A stretch of DNA of 64,000 nucleotides from an uncultured Holophagales bacterium (GCA_963842525.1 CAWJGT010000011.1:198002-262001); one strand, 5' to 3'. Positions 1 through 9,492 are shown, counted from the stretch's first letter. Numbers and translations are program-made. The notes: generated by a model not told the origin, from the sequence alone.

Positions 1-2
1 AA

Positions 3-149
3 CGGATCGGTGCCAAGGCCGGCTTCGGCTTCGACGAGTCGGCCCTGGAGGCCGCGCGCCGCGCCACCTTTCAGCCCGCCACGACGAGGGACGGCGTGCG
101 GGTCAAGATGTGGTACACCGTGCGGGTCGCCTTCCAGCCCGGCAGGTAG
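3..149 (+). CDS. TonB family energy transducer, C-terminal end (5' partial)
   Basis: Reading from base 3 gives RIGAKAGFGFDESALEAARRATFQPATTRDGVRVKMWYTVRVAFQPGR*, a typical TonB_C pattern (GFDE.AL.A.....F.PA..DG..V). Confidence 0.7.
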   Translation, partial: RIGAKAGFGFDESALEAARRATFQPATTRDGVRVKMWYTVRVAFQPGR

Positions 150-190
150 TCGATCGAGGGGGGCGGACTCCCGTCCCCCTCTCCCCCGCC

Positions 191-670
191 TCAAGAAACC
201 ACGAAGCTGGCGGTGCCGCGGTACGTCTTCACCGCATAGGTCTGCACCGGCCCCGGATCGGTGGGATGGCCGACCAGGCTCCCTGCCACCGTGTGGAACA
301 CGACCGGCGTGCGGAACCGCGCCGCCCTGTGGTCCTTGAGCAGGACCTCCGGCAGGATGACCGTCAGCAGGTCCGTGGGGCCGTCCGCCACGAAGCGCAG
401 GGTGACGGTGACGAGGCTGCCCAGAGCGGTCGCTTCGATCCGCACCTCGTCACCGCGGAACGTCCGCTGCTCTTCGCCGTCGTCGTAGCCGAGCTGCGGC
501 TGGCCGCCTTTGTCGGACACGGTGTAGGTGATGCGGGTGCGGCCGCGGCGGAGCTCGAAATGGTTCGCGGGCTCCAGGGCCGTGGCGACGGCTCGTGCGG
601 CTTTGGCTGGCCTGGCCATGTCTTCCTCCTTTGGCGCTCCTTTGTCGAGCGTTTTCGATTTATCTTTCAT
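191..670 (-). CDS. hypothetical protein, predicted beta-rich
   Basis: C-terminal part of ORF 191..895, from MKDKSK (alternative start MARPAK). GC-biased codon usage. Confidence 0.6.
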   Translation of the reverse strand: MKDKSKTLDKGAPKEEDMARPAKAARAVATALEPANHFELRRGRTRITYTVSDKGGQPQLGYDDGEEQRTFRGDEVRIEATALGSLVTVTLRFVADGPTDLLTVILPEVLLKDHRAARFRTPVVFHTVAGSLVGHPTDPGPVQTYAVKTYRGTASFVVS

Positions 671-755
671 TGTACGCCGCTCCGGCCGCTTCCGGATGAA
701 GATCAGGCTGCCGGCCTGATTCTTGCGACAACCACCGGGCGAAGGAGGAGCCGCC

Positions 756-959
756 ATGCACGAGATCCGACGCGCCGAGGGCCGCATGCCCGACCCCCGG
801 GAAGAGCGCGACCCCCGCGAGCCTGTGCAGGAACCGCCGGTCGACGAGCCCGAAGGGCCGGTCCCCGACGAGCCGATCGACGAGCCCGAGGACAATCCGG
901 CCGAGGGCGAGCCGGACCGCCGCGATCCGCAGCCGCCCGAGCCGGCCTGGCAGGTATAA
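756..959 (+). CDS. small Pro/Glu/Asp-rich hypothetical protein
   Basis: RBS GAAGGAGGAG before ATG 756; sequence has PDP/EPP/DEP repeats. Confidence 0.55.
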   Translation: MHEIRRAEGRMPDPREERDPREPVQEPPVDEPEGPVPDEPIDEPEDNPAEGEPDRRDPQPPEPAWQV

Positions 960-969
960 AGTACCCCCC

Positions 970-1818
970 ATGCTCCGCCGCCAGCGCACCGGCTCCGTCC
1001 TCTGCCCCTCGTGCGGCAAGCTCGTCGGGGTGGCGGACGAGCAGTGCCTCTACTGCGGCCGGCGCAACCCCGGGATGTGGGGGCTGTCGTCCGTCCTCGC
1101 CCGCCTCGGCAAGGACATGGGGTTCGTCGAGACGGTGATGGGCGGCTGCGGCATCCTCTACATCGCGATGCTCGCGGTCGGAGGGATGCAGACCGGCGGC
1201 GGACTCTTCTCGCTCGGGTCCCCCAACGGCGAGGCGCTGATCCGGTTCGGCGCCAGCGGCGCCATCCCGGTCTTCGACCTTGGCCGGTGGTGGACGGTGC
1301 TCTCCGCCGGCTGGCTCCATGGCAGCCTGCTGCACATCGGCTTCAACCTCTATTGGATCCGCTTCCTCGCTCCGGAGGTCGCCGAGCTCTACGGTCCCAG
1401 CCGGATGGTCATCGTCTACACGATCTCGTCGGCCATCGGCTTCCTCCTGAGCAGCGCCGCCGGTGCCTACATCGGCGGCTTTCTCGGAGGAGCTCAGATC
1501 ACCGTGGGAGCCTCGGCGCCCATCCTCGGCCTGTTGGGGGCGCTCGTTTATTACGGCCGGCGCACGGGCAGCCGCCACGTCGGGGCACAGGCGTGGAGCT
1601 ACGCCCTGTTCATGATCGTCTTCGGCTTCCTCATGCCGCGGGTGGACAACTGGGCCCACATCGGCGGCTTCGCAGGCGGCTACCTGGCCGGCCTGCTCCT
1701 CGACCCCGCCAGACCGGAGCGCGGCAACGACATCGCCGGAGCAATCCTCTGCCTGGCGCTGACCGCGGCGGCGATCGTGGCGTCGCTGGTGGACACCCGT
1801 TTTTATTCGTTCCTCTGA
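970..1818 (+). CDS. rhomboid family intramembrane serine protease with N-terminal Zn ribbon
   Basis: Motifs HIGFN, GASA (catalytic Ser) and AHIGG; CPSC..CLYC at the N terminus; multiple TM helices. Confidence 0.9.
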   Translation: MLRRQRTGSVLCPSCGKLVGVADEQCLYCGRRNPGMWGLSSVLARLGKDMGFVETVMGGCGILYIAMLAVGGMQTGGGLFSLGSPNGEALIRFGASGAIPVFDLGRWWTVLSAGWLHGSLLHIGFNLYWIRFLAPEVAELYGPSRMVIVYTISSAIGFLLSSAAGAYIGGFLGGAQITVGASAPILGLLGALVYYGRRTGSRHVGAQAWSYALFMIVFGFLMPRVDNWAHIGGFAGGYLAGLLLDPARPERGNDIAGAILCLALTAAAIVASLVDTRFYSFL

Positions 1819-2459
1819 CCTGGAATCAGGCCCAGGTCCTTGGCGCGGCGGCGGACCTGCCAGGCCTCGCGGGTCTCCTGGTGGCTGAACCGCTCCTCCT
1901 CCCAGGGGTCGCCGTAGGTGTGATAGCCGTTCTCCTCCCAGAAGCCCCGCTGGTCCTCGGACAACAGCTCGATCCCGTTCACCCATTTGGCGCTCTTCCA
2001 GGCATAGAGGTGCGGCACCACCAGGCGCACCGGGCCGCCGTGGTCGACCGGCAGCGGCATGCCCTTGTGCCGGTCCGCCAGCAGGGCGTGCTCGGAGAGG
2101 AAGTCCTCCAGAGGCAGGTTCGTGGTGTAACCGCCATAGCAGTGCACCATCACATGCGATGCTTCGGGGTCCACCCGGACATGGCGCAGCACCTCGCGGG
2201 TCGCCACCCCCTCCCAGGGATTGTCCAGGGTCGAGAACCGGGTCACGCAGTGGAAGTCGGCCGTGATCCCCACCCGCGGCAGCGCCTGGAACCGCTCCCA
2301 AGGAAAGACGGCCTCCTCCTCGACCAGCCCGAACACCCGGAGCTCCCAGTCCTCGGGCCGGATGCTCGGCGTCGAGCCATAGGTGAGGACCGGCCACTTG
2401 TCCGTCACATACTGACCGGCAGGGACGCGAGCATCGCCGGTGCGAATCGAGTCGTCCAT
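1803..2459 (-). CDS. sulfite oxidase-like molybdopterin-dependent oxidoreductase
   Basis: Motifs DFHCVTRFS, HGGPVRLVVPHLYAWKSAKW and GFWEENGYH; start taken at MDDSIRT. Confidence 0.88.
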   Translation of the reverse strand: MDDSIRTGDARVPAGQYVTDKWPVLTYGSTPSIRPEDWELRVFGLVEEEAVFPWERFQALPRVGITADFHCVTRFSTLDNPWEGVATREVLRHVRVDPEASHVMVHCYGGYTTNLPLEDFLSEHALLADRHKGMPLPVDHGGPVRLVVPHLYAWKSAKWVNGIELLSEDQRGFWEENGYHTYGDPWEEERFSHQETREAWQVRRRAKDLGLIPGQRNE

Positions 2460-2519
2460 GAGAGAAATCCTAGCTGATTTTCGCGGAAACCGGGCGCTAG
2501 ATTTGGAAGGCCAACGACT

Positions 2520-2948
2520 GCCCTGGACTACGCCCGGCAGACCCTCGGGATCGATCGCATTCTCCTCAGCAAGCAGCTCCGTGCGACGAAGGGCAACATC
2601 TTCCTGCAGCACCTGAGCTCACTGATCAATGTAGGAAAGGGCGGGCAGGGCGCCATGCCCGAGATCCTGGGAGCCTACCTGCAACGGATCGATTGGAACA
2701 GGGCAGGTCTACCGTCGCGGATGTTCCCCCTGACCCGCGATGACCTCCATGCGCCCAGGCTACTCACGATCGATCCGAAGATCGCGTTTGGGCGCCGCAT
2801 CGTCGAACGGAAGGCCATCAAGACCTCAGTGATCGCCGAGCGCTTCAAGGCCGGAGAATCGATCTCTGAGATTGCCGAGGACTACGATCTCGAGGCGTTC
2901 GAGGTTGAAGAGGCCATCCGGTACGAAGCCCTCCCCACCGCTGCCTGA
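2520..2948 (+). pseudogene. 5'-truncated DUF433-domain antitoxin (VapB45-like)
   Basis: IDPKIAFGR...IAERFKAGESISEIAEDY is DUF433-like. The frame continues upstream (ALDYARQTLGIDRILLS...) with no start codon and no N-terminal HTH. Confidence 0.65.
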
Positions 2949-3072
2949 GCCGACCTTTTTCACAGACAGGGACCTCGGGAAAACAGTCCCCCGAATCCTG
3001 CGCGAGAACGGGTTGCTGAGGCGTGGAGCTCTCCAGAGCGGGGTGCTCCACCCGAGGCACACATCCACCTGA
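2941..3072 (+). pseudogene. N-terminal fragment of a PIN-domain (VapC45-like) toxin
   Basis: LPEPTFFTDRDLGKTVPRILRENGL overlaps the antitoxin stop; similarity is lost after about 28 aa. Confidence 0.6.
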
Positions 3073-3420
3073 CCTTTGCGCGATGGCGCATCGGAAAGGG
3101 GTAGGCGTCGCGAGACGACGAACCCACTTGACGAGCGGCTTACCTGAGGATCTGCGGACGAGGAGAGTTGAGTGCGGTCGGGCCCCCAAAGAATCCCCAT
3201 CCATCGCTGGCGTGGAACTGGCTGACCACCCGGCCCAACGGGCCGGCAGAACGGAGCCCAGGGCTTCTATGTGGGCCACCGGTGTCAAGCGTCTCGGGGT
3301 GGTGGTTCGTCGTTTTCCCTTTCCTGGCCCCCCCTCCTGTCACCGGTTTTCTCGCTTCTTGGTTCTCAGTCCGTCTGGCGCTTGCCCGGAGTGTGCAGGG
3401 ACCTGGGGAGTCGTCCTTTC

Positions 3421-3562
3421 CAGCTTCTATCCGTGCTGACCTCTTTGGGTCAGGACACCAAATGCAGCATGCGCTGTCGAGCGACTCAGGCAAGCTCTCG
3501 GAGCGGCCCCATCTGAGAGAACGGTTCGGAAGCCGAACCAAGCCCTGGGCCGGGCACGCTCC
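3421..3562 (-). ncRNA. candidate bridge RNA / seekRNA of the IS110 element
   Basis: Two stem-internal loop-stem modules whose loops match the target site and the circle junction (see findings). Confidence 0.7.
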
Positions 3563-3597
3563 ACCAGTCGTTTCTCTCCGAGCTTTTTCCTCCCAGA

Positions 3598-4735
3598 TTA
3601 CTTCGTCTTCAGCTCAGCACCCTCAGGAATCACACCGTAGTCCAGATAGCGCCACAGCGCGATCAGCAGCTTGCGGGCGAGGGCCACGATCCCCACCCGC
3701 CGAGATCGGCGGCTCCCAGGACCATAACGCTCCTGAAACCACAAGCTCAGGCGACTCTGCGGTTGGAAGCGCAACCAGCCCCAAGCGATCTCGATCGCCA
3801 TCGCCCGGACCCGACGATTCCCCGCCTTGCTGATCCCTTGTTCGTGGTTGACCGTGTCACCGCTCTGATAAGGCATCGGCGTCAGACCCGCCAAACCGGC
3901 CACCTCACGGCGGTTGCGGAACTGCCGCCAGCCGAAGAACTCCACCACGAACAGCCAACCACTGTTGCCTCCGATCCCCTTGAGCTCTTGCAGCCGCTGC
4001 ACCTTCTCCGTCGCTTCCACGCTGGCCGTCCGGCGAAACCGCTCGAGCTCGGCAATCTGACTCTCCAGCACAGCCAGACGCTCGCCCTCTCGCCTCAAAC
4101 GCTCCCGCAAGCTCGCCAGCAGCCTCTCGCCGTTCCACTGCCTCGCCTGATCCAGCTGCTGCAGAAAGCCCTTGCCGACTTTCACCCCCCGAGCCCCCAC
4201 GCTGGCCAGCAGGCCCTTGATCCGATTGGTGTGGGCCGTGCGCTCCTGCTTCAGAGACTCAAGCTCCCGAGCCAGGTGACGCTCGTCCTCCTGCTCGGGG
4301 GTCGGCGCGTGCGCTACCCCGAACACCTTCTTCTCCCCGCGCTCGTAACGGATCAACAACGACAGCAACTTCTCCACGTCCACCCCATCCGTCTTGGCCC
4401 GGCGATGCCGCCGATTCACCTCGATGCTCGAGGAGTCCATGACAACGTTTTCCACTCCCTCCGACAGCAGGAACCGGTGGAGCCAGAATCCATCCCGTCC
4501 GGCCTCGTAGCAACTCACCACCCGAGCCGACTCCGGCACGCCAAGGCGATGTTTGGCCCGCGCGATCTCCAGCATCAGCCCGGCAAGGTCACCCGGCTGC
4601 AACTGTCCGCTGACTTGCCCTCCGTCCAGCCTCTACACCAAACCCCAGCTTCCACTCGCTGGCGCCGAGCTCCAGGGCCATATGTAACACCGCCTCCGTT
4701 CGCGTAGACTCTGCAATGCGGGTTGTCTGGTTCAT
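3598..4735 (-). CDS. IS110 family recombinase/transposase (frameshift near 4592)
   Basis: Motifs ALELGASEWKL, CYEAGRDGFWLHR, RAKTDGVD, GLTPMPYQSG, GISKAGN and ALARKL. RBS AAAGGAG precedes ATG 4735. Confidence 0.92.
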
Positions 4736-5168
4736 CGGGGTTCTCCTTTCTAACCGCTAAAGTTCCCCCGAAACATACAACCGGCGACCCGCTTTTGCAT
4801 CCCCCGCCCTGCATAGCATCTGAGGCCGAAGGCCGATGCCCTGGGCAGAGAGGTGATCAAACCCCGCGGCCTGAAAGGCCCGCGAGAGAGATTTCTGCCG
4901 GAGTCGGCTCAGCGCTCGGTTTAGCCAGAGGTCTCGCGGCCTTTCAGGCCGCCTGAACGTGGGGCCTGTTGACCCAGGGCATCGGCCTTCGGCTAGCCCT
5001 GGGCTGGAGTCTCCCGGCCCGTTGGGCCGGCCTGGAAGGCTTGGGTTGCGGGCAAGCGCGAGCTCGCGCTGAGAGGGAAACCGGAAAGTCCCTCGCCAGC
5101 GCACAAGGTGGACCGGTTGGTGCTTCGGTCCCCTGAAACCTTCCCCCACCCCGCTCCGTACTTCCCTC

Positions 5169-5208
5169 TTGACGACCGACTACCGGAGTAGTACTATCCC
5201 GGTAGTCG
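5169..5208 (+). promoter_or_regulatory. sigma70 promoter overlapped by tandem palindromic operators
   Basis: TTGACG-17-TACTAT, with ACTAC-N4-GTAGT and ACTAT-N4-GTAGT boxes directly upstream of a BlaI-family gene. Confidence 0.75.
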
Positions 5209-5228
5209 AACGGAAGGAGACGAAGCTT

Positions 5229-5630
5229 ATGGAACCCTCAGTCAACCTCGGCGACCTCCAGCTCGCGATCATGCGGGTGCTCTGGGCCCGGGGCGAGGCG
5301 ACGGTGGCGGACGTGCATGAGGCGCTGGAGCCCGAACGGGGTCTGGCCCTCACCACGATCGCCACCATGCTCGTCAAGATGGAAAAGAAGGGGGTGGTCG
5401 ACCACCGGGCGGACGGCCGGAAGTTCATCTACCGGCCCCTGGTGAGCGAGGACCAGGTGACGCGGTCGATGGTGGCCGGCCTGACCTCGCAGCTCTTCCG
5501 GGGCGACGCCATGGCCCTGGTCAACCACCTGCTGTCCGAGCACGAAATCGATCGGCGGGAGCTGAACCAGCTCCGCGAGCTGATCTCGGCCCATGGTGCC
5601 GAGAAGACTGCCAAGAAGGAGGAGCGCTGA
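5229..5630 (+). CDS. BlaI/MecI/CopY family transcriptional repressor
   Basis: LGDLQLAIMRVLWARGEATVADV...TTIATMLVKMEKKGVV..YRPLVS; RBS GGAAGGAG. Confidence 0.93.
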   Translation: MEPSVNLGDLQLAIMRVLWARGEATVADVHEALEPERGLALTTIATMLVKMEKKGVVDHRADGRKFIYRPLVSEDQVTRSMVAGLTSQLFRGDAMALVNHLLSEHEIDRRELNQLRELISAHGAEKTAKKEER

Positions 5631-5631
5631 A

Positions 5632-7935
5632 ATGTCCGGCATGACATCCCTGTCCCAATTGTCGGCGGCCTGGCTGCTGACCTACGCCCTGCACAGCACG
5701 CTGTTCCTGGGGCTCGCCTGGCTCGTCTCGCGGCGGCTGGCGAAGCGGCAGCCCAGGGTCGAGGAGGCGGTCTGGCGATTCGCCCTGGTGGCCGCGCTGG
5801 CGACGGCCTCGCTGCAGCTCGCCGCGGGCTTCAAGCCCCTGGCCGGGAGCTGGAGCCTCACGACGCCGGCGGTATCGGAGATGTCCGCCGCCTCCGCTCC
5901 TCTTGAATTCAAGTCCACGGTTTCTCAGGCCTCCTCACCGCGGGTGGCGGCGCCGGTCAGGGCTCTCCGCGCTCCCTCCCCTCTGCGCATTCCTGCCGGT
6001 GCCGCCCCCGCGGGGCCTGTGACGTCGACCCGTCCCTTGTCGATCCCCTTGCTCTTCGTCGGCCTGTGGTTCCTGGGCGCGCTGTTGCTCTCGGCCCGCT
6101 GGCTGGCAGGACATTTCCTCCTGCGCCGGCGGCTGCGGCCGCGGCCCGAGGTGGTGGGCGGGAACATGTTCTCGCAGTTCGCCTCGCTGGTCGGGGAAGC
6201 CGGCCTCGACGCGCCGGTGCGCCTGACCTGCTCGTCGCGGCTGTCGGTCCCCATTGCGCTGGGGCTCACCCGCCGCGAGGTCTGCGTGCCGCCGAAGGCC
6301 CTGGCCTCGCTGGCGCCGGAGGAGCAGGAAGGGATGCTCGCGCACGAGCTGGCGCACCTGGTGCGGCGCGATCCGTTCTGGCTCGCGTTCAGCCGGATCC
6401 TGGCGAGCGTCTTCTTCTTCCAGCCGCTCAACTGGGTGGCCTACCGCCGGATGCGTGAGATCTCCGAGCTGCTCTGCGACGAGTGGGCGATCGGCCGGAC
6501 CGGCCGTCCGCTGTCGCTCGCCCGCTGCCTGGCCGAAGTCGCCGGCTGGTCGTTCCATCCGGTCGAGGCCCTGGCGGCCCCGGGCATGGCGGACCGGCCG
6601 TCGCACCTGGCGCACCGCATCCGCCGCCTGCTCGACGACGGCCGCACGCCCGAGCGCCGGGTCCATCCCGGCTGGCTGGTCGCCGGCATGATCGTCCTGC
6701 TGGTCGCCGTGGCCGCCGCCGCGCCGGGGGTCTACGCCGCCGGCGCAGCCCTGGAGAAGGTGGCCCAGGACCCCAAGGCAGAGCTGGCAGTCGATGAGGA
6801 CGAAGAGGGTCCGATCGACGAGGAGGAGTCGCTGGCCGAGCAGATGGAGGATCTGGCCGAGGATGCCGCCGATATGGCCGAAGATGCGGCCGAGCTGGCC
6901 GAGCTCGATGCCCTGGAGGATCTGGAGGACCTGGGCGGCGAGCTTGACGATCTCGAAGACCTCGACGAGCTCGAAGGCCTCGATGAGCTGGCTGCCCTGT
7001 CCGATCAGAGGGCGCAGGAGATCGGCGAGCGCTCGGGCCGGGAGGCGGAGGAGATCGCCCGGCGCTATGAGCAGATGGCGCGGGAGATGTCAGAGCGGGT
7101 CGAAACCCAGATCGGCCCCCAGATGCGCGAGCTGCAACAGAAGATGGCCGAGCAGATGAAGCTCCTCGAGCAGAGCCCGGAGATGAAGCGGCTCCACGAG
7201 CGGGCGCGGGAGATCGCCGAGCGGGCCCGTCCGTCCGAGGAGGAGATGGCGCGGCTCCATGCCCAGATCGAGAAGCTGCGCAAGGAGGGCGGTCTGTCCT
7301 CCGAGGAGAAGGGGCGACTCCGCGAAGACGCCCGGCGGATGGCCGAGAGGCATCGCATGAGCGACGAGGAGCGCGCCGAGCTGCACAAGCTCGCCCAGGA
7401 GGCGCGCGAGATGTCGCGGAAATTCAACGAAGAGCACCGGGCCGAGATCGAGAAGATGCGCCACGAGGTGCAGCAGCAGAGCCAGGCCATGCGCGAGCAG
7501 ATCCGCCGCCAGCTCGAAGCCGATCCGCAGTACCGTGAGCTGCGGGAGAAGGCCCGCCGCGACCACGAGCAGCACCGCCAGAAGATGCGCCAGGAGATCG
7601 AGAAGCATCGCGAGCAGCGCCAGCAGGACCACGAAAAGCGGCGGGAGGAGATCCGGAAGCACCGCGAGGAGCGGAAGCACGAGCACGAGCGGGAGCACCG
7701 GAAGGAACGGTCTTCCCAGGGCGCTCTGGAGTCACCCGACGTCGACGCCATGCTTGCCGGCCTCGACCACTTCGATTTCGCTCAGGACTTCGACTTCGAT
7801 TTTGACTTCGACTTCGATCCGGGCTTCGATCCGCAGATCGACTTCGATTTCGACCACGACTTTGACTTCGAAGGGTTCGACTTCGACTTCGAATACAAGG
7901 AGCCGGCCGCGGCCGAGCCCGACGGGCGCCGCTGA
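5632..7935 (+). CDS. M56 family (BlaR1-like) metallopeptidase with long charged coiled-coil C terminus
   Basis: LAHELAHLVRRD (HExxH), FFFQPL and ELLCDEWA motifs; TM segments; directly follows the blaI-like gene. Confidence 0.9.
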   Translation: MSGMTSLSQLSAAWLLTYALHSTLFLGLAWLVSRRLAKRQPRVEEAVWRFALVAALATASLQLAAGFKPLAGSWSLTTPAVSEMSAASAPLEFKSTVSQASSPRVAAPVRALRAPSPLRIPAGAAPAGPVTSTRPLSIPLLFVGLWFLGALLLSARWLAGHFLLRRRLRPRPEVVGGNMFSQFASLVGEAGLDAPVRLTCSSRLSVPIALGLTRREVCVPPKALASLAPEEQEGMLAHELAHLVRRDPFWLAFSRILASVFFFQPLNWVAYRRMREISELLCDEWAIGRTGRPLSLARCLAEVAGWSFHPVEALAAPGMADRPSHLAHRIRRLLDDGRTPERRVHPGWLVAGMIVLLVAVAAAAPGVYAAGAALEKVAQDPKAELAVDEDEEGPIDEEESLAEQMEDLAEDAADMAEDAAELAELDALEDLEDLGGELDDLEDLDELEGLDELAALSDQRAQEIGERSGREAEEIARRYEQMAREMSERVETQIGPQMRELQQKMAEQMKLLEQSPEMKRLHERAREIAERARPSEEEMARLHAQIEKLRKEGGLSSEEKGRLREDARRMAERHRMSDEERAELHKLAQEAREMSRKFNEEHRAEIEKMRHEVQQQSQAMREQIRRQLEADPQYRELREKARRDHEQHRQKMRQEIEKHREQRQQDHEKRREEIRKHREERKHEHEREHRKERSSQGALESPDVDAMLAGLDHFDFAQDFDFDFDFDFDPGFDPQIDFDFDHDFDFEGFDFDFEYKEPAAAEPDGRR

Positions 7936-7962
7936 GGAGGGAAGGAGGGCGTGCGCGGGAGC

Positions 7963-8602
7963 TTACGCTCCGCGCACGCTCTTCAGCAGGTTGACGAAGG
8001 CGTCACGCTCGGCCGCGAGGGTGGAGTCCGGGCCGGTCGCCTTGAAGAACCAGGGGCCGCCCGATCCCTCGACGATGCCGCCCAGCAACCGCGAGTTCGG
8101 CTGTTCCGTGGTCGGTCCCGATCCCATCATGCTCGGCTTGAGCGTCCCCGCCACGTCGATCCAGGTGATCTTGTAGCCGGTATCCGTCTCGAACGTCTGG
8201 GGCTGGGGGATGGCGCCCGGCGCCATCTCCATCTGGCCGATCCACCGTCCGATGTTGGCCTCGGCCGATCCGCCTTGGCCGGGTCCGAAGTAGAAGACCA
8301 CAAGCTCGCCGGGGCCGCCGGGTCCCGGGATCATGGCCTGGGCCATGCGCATGCTGGACGTCGGCGGCTGGGACGTCCAACCGGCTGGAAGGTCATAGGT
8401 GATGTTCCCCGCCTGTGCGCCGCTAGCGAGCTTCCATGGGAGCGCTCGCCTCCCGCGAGGAGATAGGGCCGATCGGAGACGCAGGGTCCGTAGAGGGGGC
8501 CTGCGCCTGCGAAGCGGTGTCAGGGACGATCTCTTCTCCGCCGCCACAGGCGGCCAGGGCCAGCAGGATCGCGAGGGAGGGCAGGTAGGGGTTGCTGTTC
8601 AT
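7963..8602 (-). CDS. hypothetical lipoprotein (frameshift near 8430)
   Basis: Lipobox LAAC in the MNSNPY frame joins the LPAGW...FYFGPGQGGSAEANIGRW frame. Confidence 0.7.
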
Positions 8603-8647
8603 GGCGCGGAAGCCTATCACCGCCCGTTTCCAGGTAGAATCCATCCC

Positions 8648-8747
8648 GGAAGCGCTCGGGGGCTGGTGCCTTCTGCGGTCTTCAAAACCGTTGTCCCGTG
8701 CCGGTTGCGGCATGGGGGGTGGGTTCGATTCCCATGCGCTTCCGCCA
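8648..8747 (+). tRNA. selC: tRNA-Sec (anticodon UCA)
   Basis: Acceptor stem GGAAGCGC/GCGCTTCC with GCCA end; anticodon loop CTTCAAA; long variable arm; GGTTCGATTCC T-arm; TAGAAT -10 box just upstream. Confidence 0.95.
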
Positions 8748-8918
8748 TTCTGACTTCCTTGCCCCTGGAACCTACGCCCCTGCATGACACGGCAGTGACA
8801 CGCAGGGAAGACCGCAGAAGGCACCCAGAGCGCTTCCGGGGATGCCATCTTGCTATAATTGAGCTGTGTTGAAGGCGAGTAGGGCACTTCCTACGCTCAC
8901 CATCGAGGAGGTATCCAA

Positions 8919-9107
8919 ATGGCGAAAAACACCGGTGCCGGGCATCGGAAAGGTGCGGTTACGGCACGGACCCAATTCCAGCGGGCTGACGGCAATTGGC
9001 AGAAGCGCGACGAGCGCACGGGTCAGCTGATGCCGGTGAAAGACGACGGAACGCCGTTCAAGGGCGTGGCCAAGGAACCGGACGGACGCGACACAGACAA
9101 GGCCTGA
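8919..9107 (+). CDS. small basic hypothetical protein (62 aa)
   Basis: RBS GAGGAGGT and an upstream TATAAT; sequence MAKNTGAGHRKGAV...PFKGVAKE. Confidence 0.75.
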   Translation: MAKNTGAGHRKGAVTARTQFQRADGNWQKRDERTGQLMPVKDDGTPFKGVAKEPDGRDTDKA

Positions 9108-9109
9108 GC

Positions 9110-9287
9110 CGCAGCCGGGCAGATGGGCGCCCGGTCTGGACGGCGGTTTCGTGCTGCTTGGCCCAGCGGATGGCATCCGCCCTTCCGGTCGAAGGTCTGG
9201 GATTGCTTTGGGTGTCCTTTGAGGCGTATATAAGCCGTGTAGCGGACTCTGCCGTCCTTGGTGAGACGCTTGTAGATGGTGGCCACG
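9110..9287 (-). pseudogene. tyrosine integrase N-terminal fragment
   Basis: VATIYKRLTKDGRVRYTAYIRLKGHPKQSQTFDRK(frameshift)ADAIRWAKQHET; lies next to the att-like tRNA duplicate. Confidence 0.7.
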
Positions 9288-9420
9288 TGCCCTGCTCCGG
9301 GGGTCTTCGGGAGGCTGTAGGCGGGGAGTGACACGGGATTGCCACAAGAGCATGGAACCTTCCCGGGTCAAACCTCTAAGCCAGCCAAGCAGATATAGGA
9401 CGGAAGGCATGGGAACCATC

Positions 9421-9492
9421 CGGTCTTCAAAACCATTGCCCGGTGCCGGTTGCGGCGTCGGGGGGTGGGTTCGATTCCATGCGCTTCCGCCA
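9421..9492 (+). repeat. diverged duplicate of the 3' part of tRNA-Sec (att-like site)
   Basis: CGGTCTTCAAAACC...GGGTTCGATTCCATGCGCTTCCGCCA repeats 8677-8747 with mismatches. Confidence 0.85.

Larger units (their letters stand above)
3266..4821 (-). mobile_element. IS110-family (IS1111-like) insertion sequence
   Basis: Core dinucleotide CT at 3264-65 and 4820-21. Imperfect subterminal IRs CTATG..GGGC / GCCC..CATAG. Removing the element restores a REP hairpin. About 330 bp non-coding region downstream of the transposase. Confidence 0.9.
3228..5035. repeat. REP-type palindrome cluster; one hairpin is split by IS110
   Basis: CCCGGCCCAACGGGCCGG..GCCCAGGGCT|GAGGCCGAAGGCCGATGCCCTGGG is split at 3265/4822. 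An intact inverted copy lies at about 4971-5032, and GGCCTGAAAGGCC/GGCCTTTCAGGCC lie between them. Confidence 0.75.

Noticed and set aside
3030-3265. IS110 as the direct cause of the PIN toxin truncation
   Set aside because: The IS boundary is at 3266 inside a REP, about 230 bp away, and the rest of the toxin is not found beyond 4821.
4590-4600. UGA in the IS110 gene as a selenocysteine codon, given selC nearby
   Set aside because: The protein continues in a different frame, so this is a frameshift and not readthrough.
9421-9492. Second functional tRNA-Sec
   Set aside because: It lacks the 5' acceptor strand and D-arm and has a T-stem deletion; it is an att-type duplicate.
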